Shown one piece after another: positions 41,422 to 55,416 of a stretch of 64,000 nt of DNA (its first letter is position 1; every line of letters begins with the position of its first letter). The DNA lies in assembly GCA_030141605.1 (NCBI GenBank), contig JAQGDQ010000714.1:44437-108436 (forward strand), in the 5' to 3' direction. Source of the stretch: Tubiluchus corallicola (Eukaryota > Animalia > Priapulida). The notes beneath the pieces are model-generated. The model did no database searches. It saw only the letters and a program-made list of their open reading frames with translations, and was not told the origin of the DNA. A program made the position numbers and the translations under genes.

Positions 41422-42090
41422 AGGACAAGAAAAGGGGTACCTGACGTAGGTTTCAGAAAAATCGCCTTAAAAATTATATTAATTTACAGCAATTTTATGC
41501 GTATGTCTTACTCGCACTGAAAAGAATTTTAGTTTGTCATCATTTTAAATCTCCCGCAATACTGTTCCGAAGTCGCCATTACATGACGTCATGTAGCAAA
41601 AGTAAATCAAGGGAAGAAAAGGAAATGTTAAATTATGTCTCAAAATTTCCGTGCAAATCTATATTACTTAAATTTTCGCTTACCTGCTAGAGAGATTTAT
41701 GTAACTAGAAAAGGAAATTATTAATTACTTAAAATGTTTTCACCAATTGGTAAAATATCGCTTTCTCACCCTCCAGGGTGCACCACTCACTAACCAGAAA
41801 ACGTATTTTTAATTTTATTGACAAGATACAGTAATTTTACATTTTATTTAGTTAGTGACGTGTGTGCTACGAATGCTCTGATTATTTCTTCAAACTTTAC
41901 ACAATGTTATCTAAACTTGCCTCAAATGACGTGTCGTCAAAATGGCTGCGTCTAACGGTCATCGCGGGAGTTTAAATTTACATGTTTCATACAGCGTGAC
42001 TGCCGATTGAAGTCCTGCGTGCAAAAAGGCAGTATGTAAGCGATATAAAATTTCAAAACTATTTTTTAAACTTTATACGCAGCGGAAGAA
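41422..42090 (+). mobile_element. Kolobok-like element, one clear end
   Basis: TTAA|AGGACAAGAAAAGGGG; reverse complement of about 49850-50506; fragment at about 37100-37290. Confidence 0.7.
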
Positions 42091-43051
42091 CAGAAAGGGC
42101 ACTCTGCTGCTTTCTTTAGATTTGTCTTTTTTGTCTATTGTCTTTAACTCCTTCAGGACCGTAAGTATTTGCTGCATTTTGCATGGCTTCATGAAAAACT
42201 GCTCACACTAAGCAACAATTACGTTATATTTGATAATTTTTGTATGTTTCAATTCCTCACGCACAATGAATTTTCATGCAAAACTATGTACGAAATGCAT
42301 TTGCTTACCTTAGACAAATTAAAAATCCATATTTTTGAGAAAAAAATGAAAAAAAGCGTTCAGCAACTGCAATGTTTGCACTGTAACAAAGTACAGTATC
42401 ACTTGTGTGAAATCAATGAATGTAGAAAATTTCAACTATCCAGACACAACAACCTCTAGTCTACTCTATTTTTACAGGAGTAATGTCTCTTAAAAGATGA
42501 AAAGACATTAATTTCTCCTTGGCTGATTGGTTGGTTCTTCCTGGAACTCTGTACAGCAGACGGTTCTCTTGGGCTGTAGTAAACAGGCGATCGATAAAAC
42601 AGTGTGTACGATCATGCAAGTGTACACCACACTAAGCTACTCAATAGGCCAGAAAATGACTTGTTTTTCTTAATTTTATACAATTAAATCACTTATAAAT
42701 GTTTAAACAAATAGCATGATTGGATAGCCAAGATTTTCCTGAATAGAACAGTGCCTAATTCGTAATCATTTAGTCATGTATGTGCTCATACAATAGCAGA
42801 AAGGTCGTAGGTTTTACAAGACATATTCTGAAGGGCGCGGTACTGAAAGAGTTAATAGATACTGTTTTTCACTTCTATGTCGTTTTTGTTGTTGTTTTTG
42901 TTAGTCGTTGTTTACTGACATCTTCACCATTGTCTTACTTTATGGTCCACTTTCTCTGTTGCCTTGATTTTATCACCCAATTCTTATAAAAGACCAGTTC
43001 AACATAAATAAAATACAAGACAATAACGCTTTCTCACAAAAGCGTGATAAC

Positions 43052-43544
43052 CAGGGTGCATAAGATTATGGATATGTATAAAATAAATAAAATAGCTTAT
43101 TTTATGGATTTTCGAAATTTTATTTTATGGATATCAATAAAATAAGAAATAGACTATATCTGGAACGAGATGCCCAGGGGGAAATCAATTAAAAAGTAAA
43201 AACAGGAGTGGTTGAAACGTGTTTTTAAACACGCAGGACTTAGTTTCAGACAGGACTCTAGCTCATGCTTTGGCTGAAACTTCGACATCTTGATAACAAA
43301 AAGACAAATGTAAAATAGCAAATCCGGAAATGCGCTTTTGTTGGTTTGTTTTCTTTCTCTTTCTCTCCTTCTAACGTTCGTTTTCAGTGTTGCCAATGCT
43401 TACAACTCGTTACTTTGTACAAAAAAAAATCACAAAAAAAAATATTTTTTTATTTTATGCATTTCTTATTTTATGAATTTTTCAAATTTTATTTTATGGA
43501 TTTTTGGTCTTATTTTAAGGATATCCATAATCTGATGCAGCCTG
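43052..43544. mobile_element. hAT-type MITE, TSD GTGATAAC/CTGATAAC
   Basis: CAGGGTGCATAAGATTATGGATAT...ATATCCATAATCTGATGCAGCCTG. Confidence 0.85.
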
Positions 43545-44211
43545 CTGATAACCGTAAATTTTTCACCCAAACTTCGCATTTCATTTGGCAGTGTGTGTGT
43601 GTGTGTGTGTGTCTGTAGCAAATGATTCATGAGATTTCATTAAAAACTGCTATCACAAGGCTGCTGAACAGGCAACAATCAATTACACGCAGGGCATTGT
43701 GGGATGCTGCGTGTGAAAAATGCACCGATAAATAATTGCACTGTAACAGCAAGAGCCATCGTGCAGGGGGCAGACCTAGGCCCGACAAAACACAAATTAG
43801 AGTTACTAACTTATTAAACCCATTAAGAGGAACACCTCCTTTTCGAAAACTTAGATCACCATTTCTTCATAAACAGTGCAATCACGTCGAAACCTATATG
43901 GTGATGTCGTTCTCTTTTTAGAGAGATCATGGTCATGTTATTCTTACAATTATTCTTCTATGATAACGATAGTGTATGAAACATAACCATATAATACAGT
44001 ATGATGTAATAATTTTGATGTCACTGTGTGCTTATATTGTCATTACTGAATGTGATAATAATAAACTAATAAAAAAACTAATGTAAGAATGGATTATCAA
44101 GTTGTGACAAAGCACGATTATGATGCTTATAACAGTGACAGCACCGTTTACGAAGACATGTTTAGCGATTATATGAAATAAGTTTTCAGTTTCATGTATA
44201 TAGCATCCCCG

Positions 44212-44673
44212 CCAGTGGAGGCTCATGTACTGTGGAACTGCAGCACCCCTCATTTTCACTCGACATTCTTTTTTCTTTAGTTCTTTATTTACTGTTTGCT
44301 TCACAGCCCAGCACAGTGTGCTCCAGCAACGCACACTAACACTGGTGTGTACATGCGGCCATGCGCAGTGCGTACGTGTTTGAGCCCATGTAGAAAAAGT
44401 ACTGTCACTAACACAGTTTGTTGTCAGTTGTCACCTGCTTACCGTGAATGAATCAAGCTTGAACTGCGACAATTTAGGCTATTAGTCAGCAAAATTTTTT
44501 CTGTTTGGGATTTTATCAAGTTTATGTATAAACTTTCGTACGTTTGTTTGTTTAAAATTACAAATTGCACGAATTAAAATTACATATGTTTGTTCCATTT
44601 TACACAGTAATAAAACAACAGCTAAAAATTTTCTGAAGCTGTACCCCAGCAATTTTAGCTACGAGCTGCCACT
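44212..44673. mobile_element. DNA-transposon-like element (CAGTGG...CCACTG); related copy at about 13490-13923
   Basis: Imperfect TIR CAGTGGAGGCTCATG / TACGAGCTGCCACTG; internal sequence shared with 13590-13923; no TSD seen. Confidence 0.6.
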
Positions 44674-45189
44674 GGATGGAATAGAAACCCAGAAAAGAAG
44701 AAAGTAGAAAGAAAAGATACGATGAAGAGGAAAAAGAGGGAAAAAAATCAGAAAGAAAGAAAAGCAACTAAATTTTGACACACAGACACACGATGTACTA
44801 GCTAGTGAAGCACAAACCAAGATGAATAAGAAAATATGAAGATACAAAATAGTTTACATAGAAGAAAGTGCACAAGGAGAATAAAGAAGAAACAACAAAA
44901 ATAGACTACAAAGTCATCTCAATCCGAATAGCTGTACATTAAAAAATAATGCATGTAAGCAAGTTTGCAAGCCGTCCATCCGAAATTTAGCTTTCTTACG
45001 GATTACAAAAGATTTTATTCCTGCAACAAGCATTTGCAATTTCGTCCTAGAGTCGTAATGCCTAATAAAACATTCCCAATGTTCCCATAAAACCACAAGC
45101 CACAGAATCTCAAAGTCCGATAGCAGTTTAGAAATGGGCAGCCTTTAGATGATTCAGCTCTTTCGGTGACCCAGCAATCTAGCATTTAA

Positions 45190-45709
45190 AGGACAGGTCA
45201 AGTCTTCTGAGACGATAGGTGTATTTCTACGTTTGTTAAAAATGATAGGAGGATTTAGTAATAAAAGTGCGCTAAGCAACTTGTGTAATTAGTAAAATTA
45301 CCAAGAAAGTTGTGATTATTTCACACTTGGGCACTTTCACTTTGAGACCCATTCTTCCACCAGTGACGACATTCATCGACTGAAGAAAAGCAACGTACTG
45401 TCAAATTCCATCAAAAGTATGTTTTTACAAAAAAAATAAATAGCTAATTTTGTGATATCATAAACATTAAGGTAGCTGTACAAGCCTGAATTATCTTAAA
45501 CAGCAGGCGCTTACGGAAAGCCATGATGTGTTTACAAAAATTCATGTTACACCATAATTTTCATGTGAATGGCAACTACACCGAACCCGTAAATTCTATA
45601 CAGCTTTTGTATAAATTAATTTTATGCTTTATAGACAGTTTTCTGCAAATTTATTCGTTATGTTTTTCTAAGTTTAACTGATAAGAATAAAATAAACTTG
45701 TCCTTTCCT
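45190..45709. mobile_element. Kolobok-like MITE (TTAA TSD, AGG...CCT); inverted relative at about 9708-10195, fragment at 34240-34400
   Basis: TTAA|AGGACAGGTCAAGT...ACTTGTCCTTTCCT|TTAA; shared internal sequence. Confidence 0.7.
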
Positions 45710-46618
45710 TTAAAGAATGACCACAGGGCAACAAGCTAAAAATAATTTTCTTAGACAAGCTATCCTGTAAATGCTGTCAGTCACTTTGCTACAAAGAGGT
45801 GAGCCAGTAAAAGAGGTTCTGCAAGTTAGAAGTCCTCTATAGCTAAGACGACTTGGATGTCCACCATGGACAATAGTCGACAGAACATTTGAGGTTCACA
45901 GGGGACAGAAGGAAAGTTTAAAGACTAGGAATTCGATTAGATTAGATTAGATTAGATTAGACATCTTATTTTCAAAATACAAAACATCTTAATCCATAAT
46001 ATTCAAAAGCCATGAATGCTGGGGAGAATTATGAGCCGGCAGAGAAGGAAGGAACCTCCCCAAAAGATCGAGATGACAGCTAAGAGATCTTGAGCTCCAT
46101 CGTGGACAGACGGTTGGTGCACAGGCACTAATTTACACTGGGAAAACTAAACACAATGACATAAGACATAAGAACTTTTACTTCACACATAACAAGATAT
46201 ACAGATTGTAGTCAGTTGACAAGTAAATATTTAAACAGTGAGAGGAAAGGGAACGACCATACGGTATTCAGAAAGGCAAGTTATAATGACCGTCATGCCA
46301 CCAAAATAGACCTAAGTCTACTCCCCCCCCCCCGCAAGCTTCTTATCTGTGAAATCTTCTCATCTTCTTATCAATGGTCTTTTGCTCCCTTCCCCCATAT
46401 AAAGTTAAATAAATAATTGTAATCAGCATTGTAGACAATAATAAAGTTATTTTTGTGAGTACAATATAATGGTGTTGTTTTTTTCAATTTCAGTTTTTTC
46501 CCAGTAACACCTTTAAACAAATTTTAGATAGTGTAGAAGTCTGAATTACAAACAGAAAACAAAATAATTATACTATTTTGTAAAACAGGGAACTTGCGGA
46601 CTGCCTTGAATAAAGAAG

Positions 46619-47100
46619 AGCATAGACATAGACATTTACACCAGTATACAAATTGACTATTATTGTTATAGTTATTAATTAAAACGGATAAATTATGCAT
46701 AAAGGAAAGAGTTAAGGGAGTGCAAGAGAAAGAGTAGCGAAAGATCAATTGGTCATCAAGTCAGCTACCCTTCTCAGATTAGTGTAACTTGTAAAAAATT
46801 TGTAGCGCTGCTAATTAAAAGGTGTGAGTAATTATGAAGTAGGATAACAAAATCAACTGTTAACATAAATTTATGGGGGAAGAAATTAAACTTGAGAGCG
46901 AAATAACTAAATAGGCTATGCAACAAAGAAGCATTAAAATAAAATGAAAAATATGAAATGATGATTAAAATATAAAACAAACTAGAAAGAAGTCAGACCA
47001 AAAGAAAAAATAAAACATAAATAATAAATCAGTGAGGGAAACAAAATATGCATGATAAAATCAAACAAAATATAATGAAACAAAAATATGCAATAGTGTT
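46619..47100 (-). mobile_element. LINE 3' UTR remnant, family B
   Basis: Reverse-complement similarity to 61310-61490; hairpin and (CTATGT) tail. Confidence 0.6.
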
Positions 47101-47679
47101 TATTCAAATTATGTTAAGCGTAATGATAAAGGACTACGGAACACAAGAACTAGTGCAGAAAAAACCTTTTTTTGCTCAGAAACCCAGGTAAATTACCTCA
47201 CATATAAGGGACCCTATGATCAAAGTGATATAGATCGATTTTTAACCTCAATTTTTCACAAACTCGGCCTTCGAACAGCTGGGTTTCCGTGATCATATAC
47301 ATCTTGCATCATTGAAGGAGCTTCCTACATACCGTTTGCACTGAATGTGTAGCAGTAATCCATAAAAATGTGGGTAAAAGTACAGAAAAGTACAGGTCTA
47401 GATACACCCTCGGTCTGACTCAACTTCGACTATAAGGGACATAGGATATAAGGGACGGTTTTTTCCTGTCCCGAGGTGTCCCTTATATCCGAGATTGACT
47501 GTATTATTCAAGAAAGATCCAGTTTCACTTTTAACCCAATTTTCCAACGGGCTTCTTATCTGTGGAATACACAATGCAAAAAAAGACTTTACATATGTTT
47601 GATCTTAAGGTATAAAAAGACAATGCTTCATCACATTTGATTAGCTCTACTCCTCACATGGGAACAACTGAATCTTAGC

Positions 47680-48270
47680 TAGACATAGACATAGAACATT
47701 TATTTTCTCCAATTTGTTTGACATAAAAAGTTTTTTAAATATTAAGTAATTATAATCGTGGAACAGGGCAGGGAAGGACAACAGGGTCATCTAGTCTCCT
47801 GCCCTGTCTTATAATTAAATTGGTATATTAAAAATAAATGGTGAGGCTGCAGATAACAAAAAACAAATAAGAAAAATAATAATAAAAAACAGTATAAATG
47901 AAAACAGTATAAGTGAAAACAAAAAATAATAAAGTTAGATGATACCTAAATCTAAACAAAACAATACAATTAATCAGTAATTTTGATTATTATATATAAT
48001 ATTTTCAAATAGGGGTCTTATTGACAGGGGAATTTGACCAAGGTTAGTGAGTAAAGTTAAAAAAACTGAGAGTACGGAGAGATAAAATAAGTATAAAAAA
48101 AGTGTAATACAGAAAAATTTAAGAGAAAAAGTAAGTATGAGAAAGAGCAACAATTACTTAGGAGATGAGGAGAAAAAAGGAAAAAAAACTTGCTAGCTTG
48201 CTTATTAGTCTTACAAGTTATGTACTACAGGTATATTCATTTAGTAAGAACTTTGTGTATTTTTTGGAAA
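47680..48270 (-). mobile_element. LINE 3' UTR remnant, family A
   Basis: Collinear with 31969-32580 throughout; same tail and hairpin. Confidence 0.8.
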
Positions 48271-48631
48271 CAGAAAATAAGCTATCTTCAAAGGTATCGT
48301 TTGGCAACGAGCTAGCAGAGAGTAAGTTAGCCAACATTCCAACTATTGATCAACCTGAAAGCGACCAGAAAAATTCTCACAGCACATAAAAAAAACTGCA
48401 CATAAATTCAAGTAATTATAAGCAGTTATGACAGTCTCAGAATTCGTTCATGACAAATTTATGGCACAGCGGAAGATTTTATGAAAACGCCGGCCAGCTA
48501 ATTAGGGCAATAATTGATCTGGAAAAGCTTACTGGAAAATCTCCTGGATTAATTAATGAACACACGGGGGGGAGGGCTGAACCAGAATGGAGCACACACG
48601 ATGCACGTTGACTTAGGCGCAAATTTGAATA

Positions 48632-49114
48632 CAGTCAAACTCGAGTATCAGGTACTTGTTTATAAGGGACATTCGCTTATAAGGGACCACCAACACCGGT
48701 CGCGATTTTTCGTAACGTTCTAAAAATCTTCGTATATAAGGTACTCGGTTATAAGGGACGATATCTTCAAGTCCCGCGTAATAGAAACCCAGGTAAATTA
48801 CCTCGCATATAACTGATATAAGGGACCCTATGATCGAAAGGAAATTGATCAATTTTTAACCTCAATTTTTCACAAACTCGGCCTTCGAACAGCTCGGTTT
48901 CCACGGTCACATCCATCTCTCATCACTGAAGGAGCTTCCTACATACCGTTTGCACTGAATGTGTAGGAATAATCCATAAAAATATGGATAAAAGTACAAA
49001 AAAGTACAGGTCAAGATACACCCTCGGTCTGACTCAACTTCGGCTATAAGGGACATCGGATATAAGGGACGTTTGTTCCGGTCCCGAGGTGTCCCTTATA
49101 TCCGAGATTGACTG
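48632..49114. mobile_element. pogo/Tigger-like MITE, TA TSD
   Basis: TA|CAGTCAAACTCG...CGAGATTGACTG|TA with repeated TATAAGGGAC subterminal motifs; partial copy at 47178-47501. Confidence 0.8.
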
Positions 49115-49292
49115 TATTATTCAAGAAAGATACAGTTTCATTTTTAACCCAATTTTCCCACGGGCTTCTTATCTGTGGAATACACATTGCAAAAAAAGAC
49201 TTTACATATGTTTGATCTTAAGGTATAAAAAGACAATGCTTCATCACATTTGATTAGCTCTACTCCTCACATGGGAACAACTGAATCTTAGC

Positions 49293-49430
49293 TAGACATA
49301 GACATAGACATAGACGTAGACATAGAACATTTATTTTCTCCAATTTGTTTGACATAAAAAGTTTTTTAAATATTAAGTAATTATAGTCATGGAGCAGGGC
49401 AGGGAAGGACAATAGGGTCATCTAGTCTCC
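49293..49430 (-). mobile_element. Short family A LINE 3' end
   Basis: (CTATGT)n tail plus part of the hairpin; matches 47680-47800. Confidence 0.75.
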
Positions 49431-49849
49431 TATCTGTGGAACTCTCGCTGGAAAGTTGTTTCCCTGCTAACTATAGCCACACACAATTCAAGAAACTTCA
49501 AATTAACAACAAATTAGTCATAATAAATTAATAGGTTGTATTTTTCTTAACATATATTCATGTGTTTGCCTTCTTTCTGTAACGCCCTTGCCTAGAGTGG
49601 CCACTGGCTTTGTTCAGGACAATTTGCATAAAAAAGCACGTCATCATAGTTGAAATATGAACGTTACATATGTACATTTTCCTTCAGAATAAAACACAAA
49701 AAACATTTGTACTTTCATGGGTTACATTATAACAAACTGCTTAGCTTATGATTAGAAAAGATTGCAATTTCATACTTAACGGAAGATAGGATGATTTTTC
49801 ACATACTCCCCCATTTTCAAGTCGGAGAAAACCCTTCATAAACATAAAG

Positions 49850-50506
49850 ATTAAAAAATTCGTTTTGAAATTTTATATCGCTTACATACTGCCTTTTTGC
49901 GTGCAGGGCTGGAATCGGCAGTCACACGGTATAAAACATGTAAATTTAAACTCCCGCGATGACCGTTAGACACAGCCATTATCACGACAGGTCATTTGAA
50001 ACAAGTTTAGATAACATTTTGTAGTTTGAAAAAATAATCAGAGCTTTCATGGGCACAAGTCACTAACTAGATAATAAAATTTAAAATTACTGTATCTTGT
50101 CAATAAGATTAAAAATATGTTTTTTGGTTAGTGAGTGGTGCACCCTGGAGGGTGAAGTCAGCAACATTTTACCAATTGGTGAAAACATTTTAAATAATTA
50201 ATAATTTTCTTTTCTAGTTACATAATTCCCTCTAGCAGGTAAGCGAAAATCTAATTAATATAGATTTGCTGGGAAAGTCTTTTGAGATATAAATTAACAT
50301 TGCCTTTTCTTCCCTTGATTTACATTTGGTACATTACATCATGTAATGGCGACGTCGGAACTGTATTGCGGGAGATTTAAAATGAAAACAAACTAAAATT
50401 CCTTTCAGTGCGAGTAAGATATACACGCATAAAATTGCTGTAAAGTAATATAATTTTTTAAGGCGGTTTTTCTGAAACCTACTTCAGGTGCCCCTTTTCT
50501 TGTCCT
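49850..50506 (-). mobile_element. Second copy of the Kolobok-like element
   Basis: Ends CCCCTTTTCTTGTCCT|TTAA; about 650 bp inverted match to 41422-42090. Confidence 0.7.
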
Positions 50507-50584
50507 TTAAACAAAGCAACCAGTTCAGTAAGCACGCGAGTTAATTGTTTTATTGACGATTAATGCGACACCACCATCTGCGAC

Positions 50585-50800
50585 ATGCTGCTTAATCACG
50601 TCGATCACTTTCCATACCTGGGAATCAAATCTGCTTTGCAACAAACACAAGAACTTCGAATGGGAGCAGCTAATCTGACCTTTGGGAAACTTATGATACG
50701 AGTTTCTAAGAGCAAAGATCTAAATGAATCTCGTGGTTTATCAAACTGTCATCTTATCAACCTTGCTCTATGTGGCTGCGAAATTCGGACTCTCAATTAA
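50585..50800 (+). mobile_element. Degenerate RTE-clade LINE reverse transcriptase fragment
   Basis: LLNHVDHFPYLG...RMGAANLTFGKLMIRV...CGCEIRTL resembles RTE 'VDHFPYLGS...AFGRL...LLYGCETWTL'. Confidence 0.7.
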
Positions 50801-50810
50801 AGTATTACAG

Positions 50811-50870
50811 TGTTCGTTTGGCTAAGAAGTTAAGCAATGCTCAGCCTGATCAGTGAATGGATGCGTGACT
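50811..50870 (+). pseudogene. Old, degenerate 5S-derived fragment
   Basis: GAAGTTAAGCAAtgctcAGCCTGatcAGTgaaTGGATGcGTGAC aligns by eye at about 34/44 to the 5S internal control region of the 59628 copy. Confidence 0.55.
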
Positions 50871-51619
50871 GATGTGAAACTTACTACCACACAGATTCAT
50901 CTGGCATACCGAATCCCCTGATATTCGTTTTATTGAGAAAAAACGTATACACTTCGTTCATTATTACTGCTACCGAGTTACGAACACAACATCATTATCA
51001 CTGCAGCCTATACAGGCCTACATTTGATAATTATTATGCTAAATAGGATATTGTAGGCCTGAGTCTACAACTGCTAACCTGATCTGTTCTAACTTCTAAC
51101 ATAAACACTCGCAGCATCAAACAGCATGAACTTTTCTCATCAAAAAGACTTTCGCTCGTTTCCAAACGTCAAATGCGACTAGCGCGTCGCCAAGTTCGCC
51201 GCTTTGAAAGAGCAAACGGCCAGAGCACCGAGTCCGCCACAGTAAAACACAGTCTTCATTAGTCACGACATGTCACAATAATACAAGAGACCAGGTTTCC
51301 TCACGAAAATATCTTCGCTGAACTCACAACTGTCAAAAGGCCTCACTAGTCCAATAAACTCAAATAAACAGAAAAAAGTGAAATCGAAAACCAAGTTGGG
51401 CAGCATTCCCACTGACATCAGATAATCCACAATAAAACCCAGCATTTTGAAGTCGAAAAAAGGGGAGAAGAAAAGTGGTAACAAGGCAAGATCGAGATTC
51501 GAATAAACTCAGAGGCCGACAACAAAAATGCTTCTGTTTCCCTTAATCTTCTAGATGGTAGTTTTTTATTGCGCACCCGGCCGGGAATTTTACAATTTCT
51601 TGCACTTTCATACACTTAC

Positions 51620-51850
51620 TTGGCACAGTCATATAAAAGCGTATACTTCAATTTAAAGCGTAAAACGCAATAATTATTATAACAGCCTTCTTTTGGGGAA
51701 TGCAGGATGCGGCCATATTTTTCCACGGCTAATTCTCGGCCAGGGTTTGCCGTTTCGTACGATGCTTGTTCTGTTGGAGGCTAAAAAGTATTGAATTTCC
51801 TACCAAATCGGTGTATTAACGGACGAGTTGTGTTGCCGCTTATACCATAA
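51620..51850 (-). promoter_or_regulatory. Putative promoter and first (probably non-coding) exon of a second minus-strand gene
   Basis: Locally CpG-richer, repeat-free stretch; YY1-like AAATATGGCCGC at 51709-51720 (minus); consensus donor CAA|GTAAGT at 51619. Confidence 0.4.
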
Positions 51851-52444
51851 TTACCAGAACATAGACATTCATGATGCAAAAAAGAGACTACGCGCTAATT
51901 GATAATTATACGATAATTTTGTAATGCGAAACCAAAACACAAAGCATGAAAAAACGTGCATCGAAAAATATAGAACATTACTGCTAACCAGAGGGAACTA
52001 AACAAACTTTCACTTCAACTGATTTAAAATATTTCACAATTCAGCTTTAAGCATTCACAAAGCTTTAAATAAACTTTTGAAAAAAGTTAATTTTCTCCCT
52101 CCCTACTGACATCTTTTCAGCTCATGAGGTAAAGAAAGAAACAATTTTTTTGTGGCCAGCTTCAATTATCTATCTCGAATTTTTTTGTTTTGTTTTATTA
52201 ACCTGTCGGAAAATAGCCATCGGCTAATGTTATCTTTTGTGAACTTCGACAATAGATAAAATTTCTATTACTGCTACTATGACTTCTATAATACGACTAC
52301 GCTATACGACTATACTATATACTATACTACATGACTATACTATACATACGACTATACTATATACTATACTATACGACTACACTACGACTATGCTACTAAA
52401 ACTACCACGAAGAAGTCTCTAATCCCGCCTAGATCAAAGTATAT

Positions 52445-52869
52445 ATGTATTTTTCCCATGTATAAGTATAAGAGACCCCTTCAATTTTTAGGCAAAAATT
52501 CTGGAAAAAAGTTTTTTGGTAATGAATAACTTTATTCATCATAGAAATCATTAAATTCCTCATCACTCTCATCAAAAATATCAACTGGAGTCAGACCTTC
52601 AGCAATTCCAGCCAGTTCATCATCAGAGGAGTCACTCTGCTCAAAAATGGCATTGTCCTCTGTGCCGTCCATGGCATTGGAGATAACACACTTCTTGAAA
52701 GATTTAATAATGACCTCTGGCTTTACACCATTCCATGCCTTGAGGACCCAGCTGCAGTGTCACAATTTATGCATCTTATTGAAAAGACTTACTCCCATGT
52801 ATAAGAGACCCCCTATTTTTAAAGTGAAAATTCTGAGCAAAAAAGGGTCTCTTATACATGGGAAAATAC

Positions 52870-52871
<2 letters not shown>
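52445..52871 (-). mobile_element. Internally deleted pogo-family transposon retaining the transposase C-terminus
   Basis: Same TIR and subterminal sequences as 5587-6041; 52532-52756 (minus) encodes CSWVLKAWNGVKPEVIIKSFKKCVISNAMDGTEDNAIFEQSDSSDDE...FNDFYDE*. Confidence 0.88.
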
Positions 52872-52903
<32 letters not shown>

Positions 52904-52942
52904 CACAGATACATGAAATCTCTTCTGCTCATATATACATAT

Positions 52943-52977
<35 letters not shown>

Positions 52978-55416
52978 GTTCATAGATATATGAAATCTCT
53001 TCTGCTCAAATCTTACTTATAATGCATTTTTGGGTTTTGCCATGAAGTGCAATAGATACAGTTCATCTCGTGACTGGTTACACGACAGTTTATATTTTCA
53101 TACTTTTGCATCATCTCTCTGCTGAACTCCTACTTTATTTCTCTTCTCTTTCTCTCTATCTTTGTCTATTATTTTATCTTTACTATTCTCTGTTCTTCTA
53201 TAATTCGTTCTCTTGTTAATTAAGCAGTTTTTTCTCCATTTTTCATGGCGGTCTTACAAGCGTTGCTTCTTGACCACCGTGCAACACATATTTCCTGCTG
53301 ATAAACTATTTCGTAGTTAGCAACTATATTAATATAGTTCTTTTACAATTATTGTGATTACAATTGATTTGATGTATAACAGTTACAATGTAATTATGCT
53401 GAAGTGGACAATAAATTATAAAATACAAAGTATGTTTCATACCACAGCTGGTTTCCTGAATGATCAAAGTCACCACCAAGACGAGGAACGACACTGTAAC
53501 TTAAACTCTCGGATACAAGAAAACGTCAACAAATGTATTTGCTATACAAATTTGCCGGCACGATTAACCAAGACATTTACACATTCCTAAATACTGTCCG
53601 TAAAATGCCATAGGAAAAATTTAAAACGCCTAACAAAATTATATAAGAACAATTGAACATTTAATTTATTTTTACATTAACTAAAATTTATTCAGCTTTC
53701 TAGAAAATGCCTAGGAAAGGTACACTAATCACCTATGGCTATGGTTGAAGAACAGTACGTACTTTACTTAGATAAAAAATTGGCATTATATATCATTATT
53801 ATTAATACCTAGTAAAAGTGTAAGGAGGAACTAATTTAGAAAATTTTACCTGGTTTGTTTGGGCACTTCATAAAATACCTAAGCAATCTATAAAACACCC
53901 AATTTCACACTTTGCGTGTTGGTATAGTTAGTACACGTAGTTGAAAATTTCAATCATTTACACAATACAAGTGTAACGCAAAAAGCCCAAAACCTGCAAC
54001 GCCTAGCCAATGAAAGATACCACCAAATTCTTAATAAAAACATACCAAAATATGTAGGATACTGATTGGAGTGCAAAATCCAAAAAACACTCATTTAACA
54101 GCATCACGCAGGTCAAAAATAAACCGCCATTATTGCCAGGGACTCACTGAAAACTGCTGTACTGCCATCTACCGGTAAGCGAGTGAAATGACCAAAAATT
54201 TAGTAACAAAATTGTTACTATCAAGTATGAAGTCTGTAACAAATTACAGGTAATGTCGTACAGGTACATAAAGTAATATAATATTATCTTTCGAGAAAAA
54301 CAAAATAAAATTGAGTAATGTGTATAAATAAATATTTTAGTTTCGCCTAATTATTTCAGTTTCTATTCAACAAACCATTCAAATGGTAAAAGAATTTAGA
54401 GTCTTTTTAGACTTACGATGCAAAATGGGATAACTATAGTACTAAGTATAGTTAATAAATAAAATAAAATAAGACTAAACTTCAGAATTATAAATTTGCT
54501 TGTCAAAAAGTAATTGTTTTCTTGCTACACTGACTCCAGTCTACTTTATAGTGTCAACATCAGCTATGAATCGTGCTGTTACGCAACTGTAAAGATTATT
54601 ACAGCGTATTATTATAAAGATTATTTGATAAAAAAAGCGACAATAACAATACTCAACATAGAAAATTATTATAACAACACGTATAATTTATTTAACCATT
54701 ACAAAAATACAACCAATAATTGTATGAAACAAAACTGTCACTATTATTCGTCAAACCCTGCAATTAAATTTAAAATGCATTACACTGTAACAATCAATAC
54801 ATTGTTATTTTACACTAGCAAAACGTTTAGCTAATTTTTTACAACTTTTACAAGCATTAAAATTGAATATAATTACATCACAATTATCATTTTTGGACTA
54901 CAGTCAATGCACTGCAAATTACAACAGTTCTACATGCTGCTGATGATTTTTTGCTTCTAAAATGTAAAGTATTTCATTTTTTTCAACAGCGACATTGTAA
55001 GTTTGAATTTTTTTCTTCAAGATGGCAGCTGTGCATCAAGTATCAATTTTTTTGGAAACACCATTCATAATAACATAAACAGGCTGATCAAATAGAAGTC
55101 CACCAAAAAGGTCAGACAAAACTAGTTAATACTTGTCAAAAAGCTAACGAATTTTGAATCCAGTACGCCACCTATCACCAACTTACAATTAGTTCAGCTT
55201 ACTCACAACACCTCTTTTTTACACCCGTAAATGCACATTTTTTCTAAAAAATAAAAATAATGCAATACGAACTAATAGCCAACTTTCTTGCACAACAAGT
55301 AAATCTGTAGCACCACATCACAATCCTACGAATTTGTTTAAATGCTGCATCTCATGCAGAGCCCACGTGTGGCCAAAAAAGGAAAGAGTTTAATAATTAG
55401 AGCTTTTAAAGATGCA

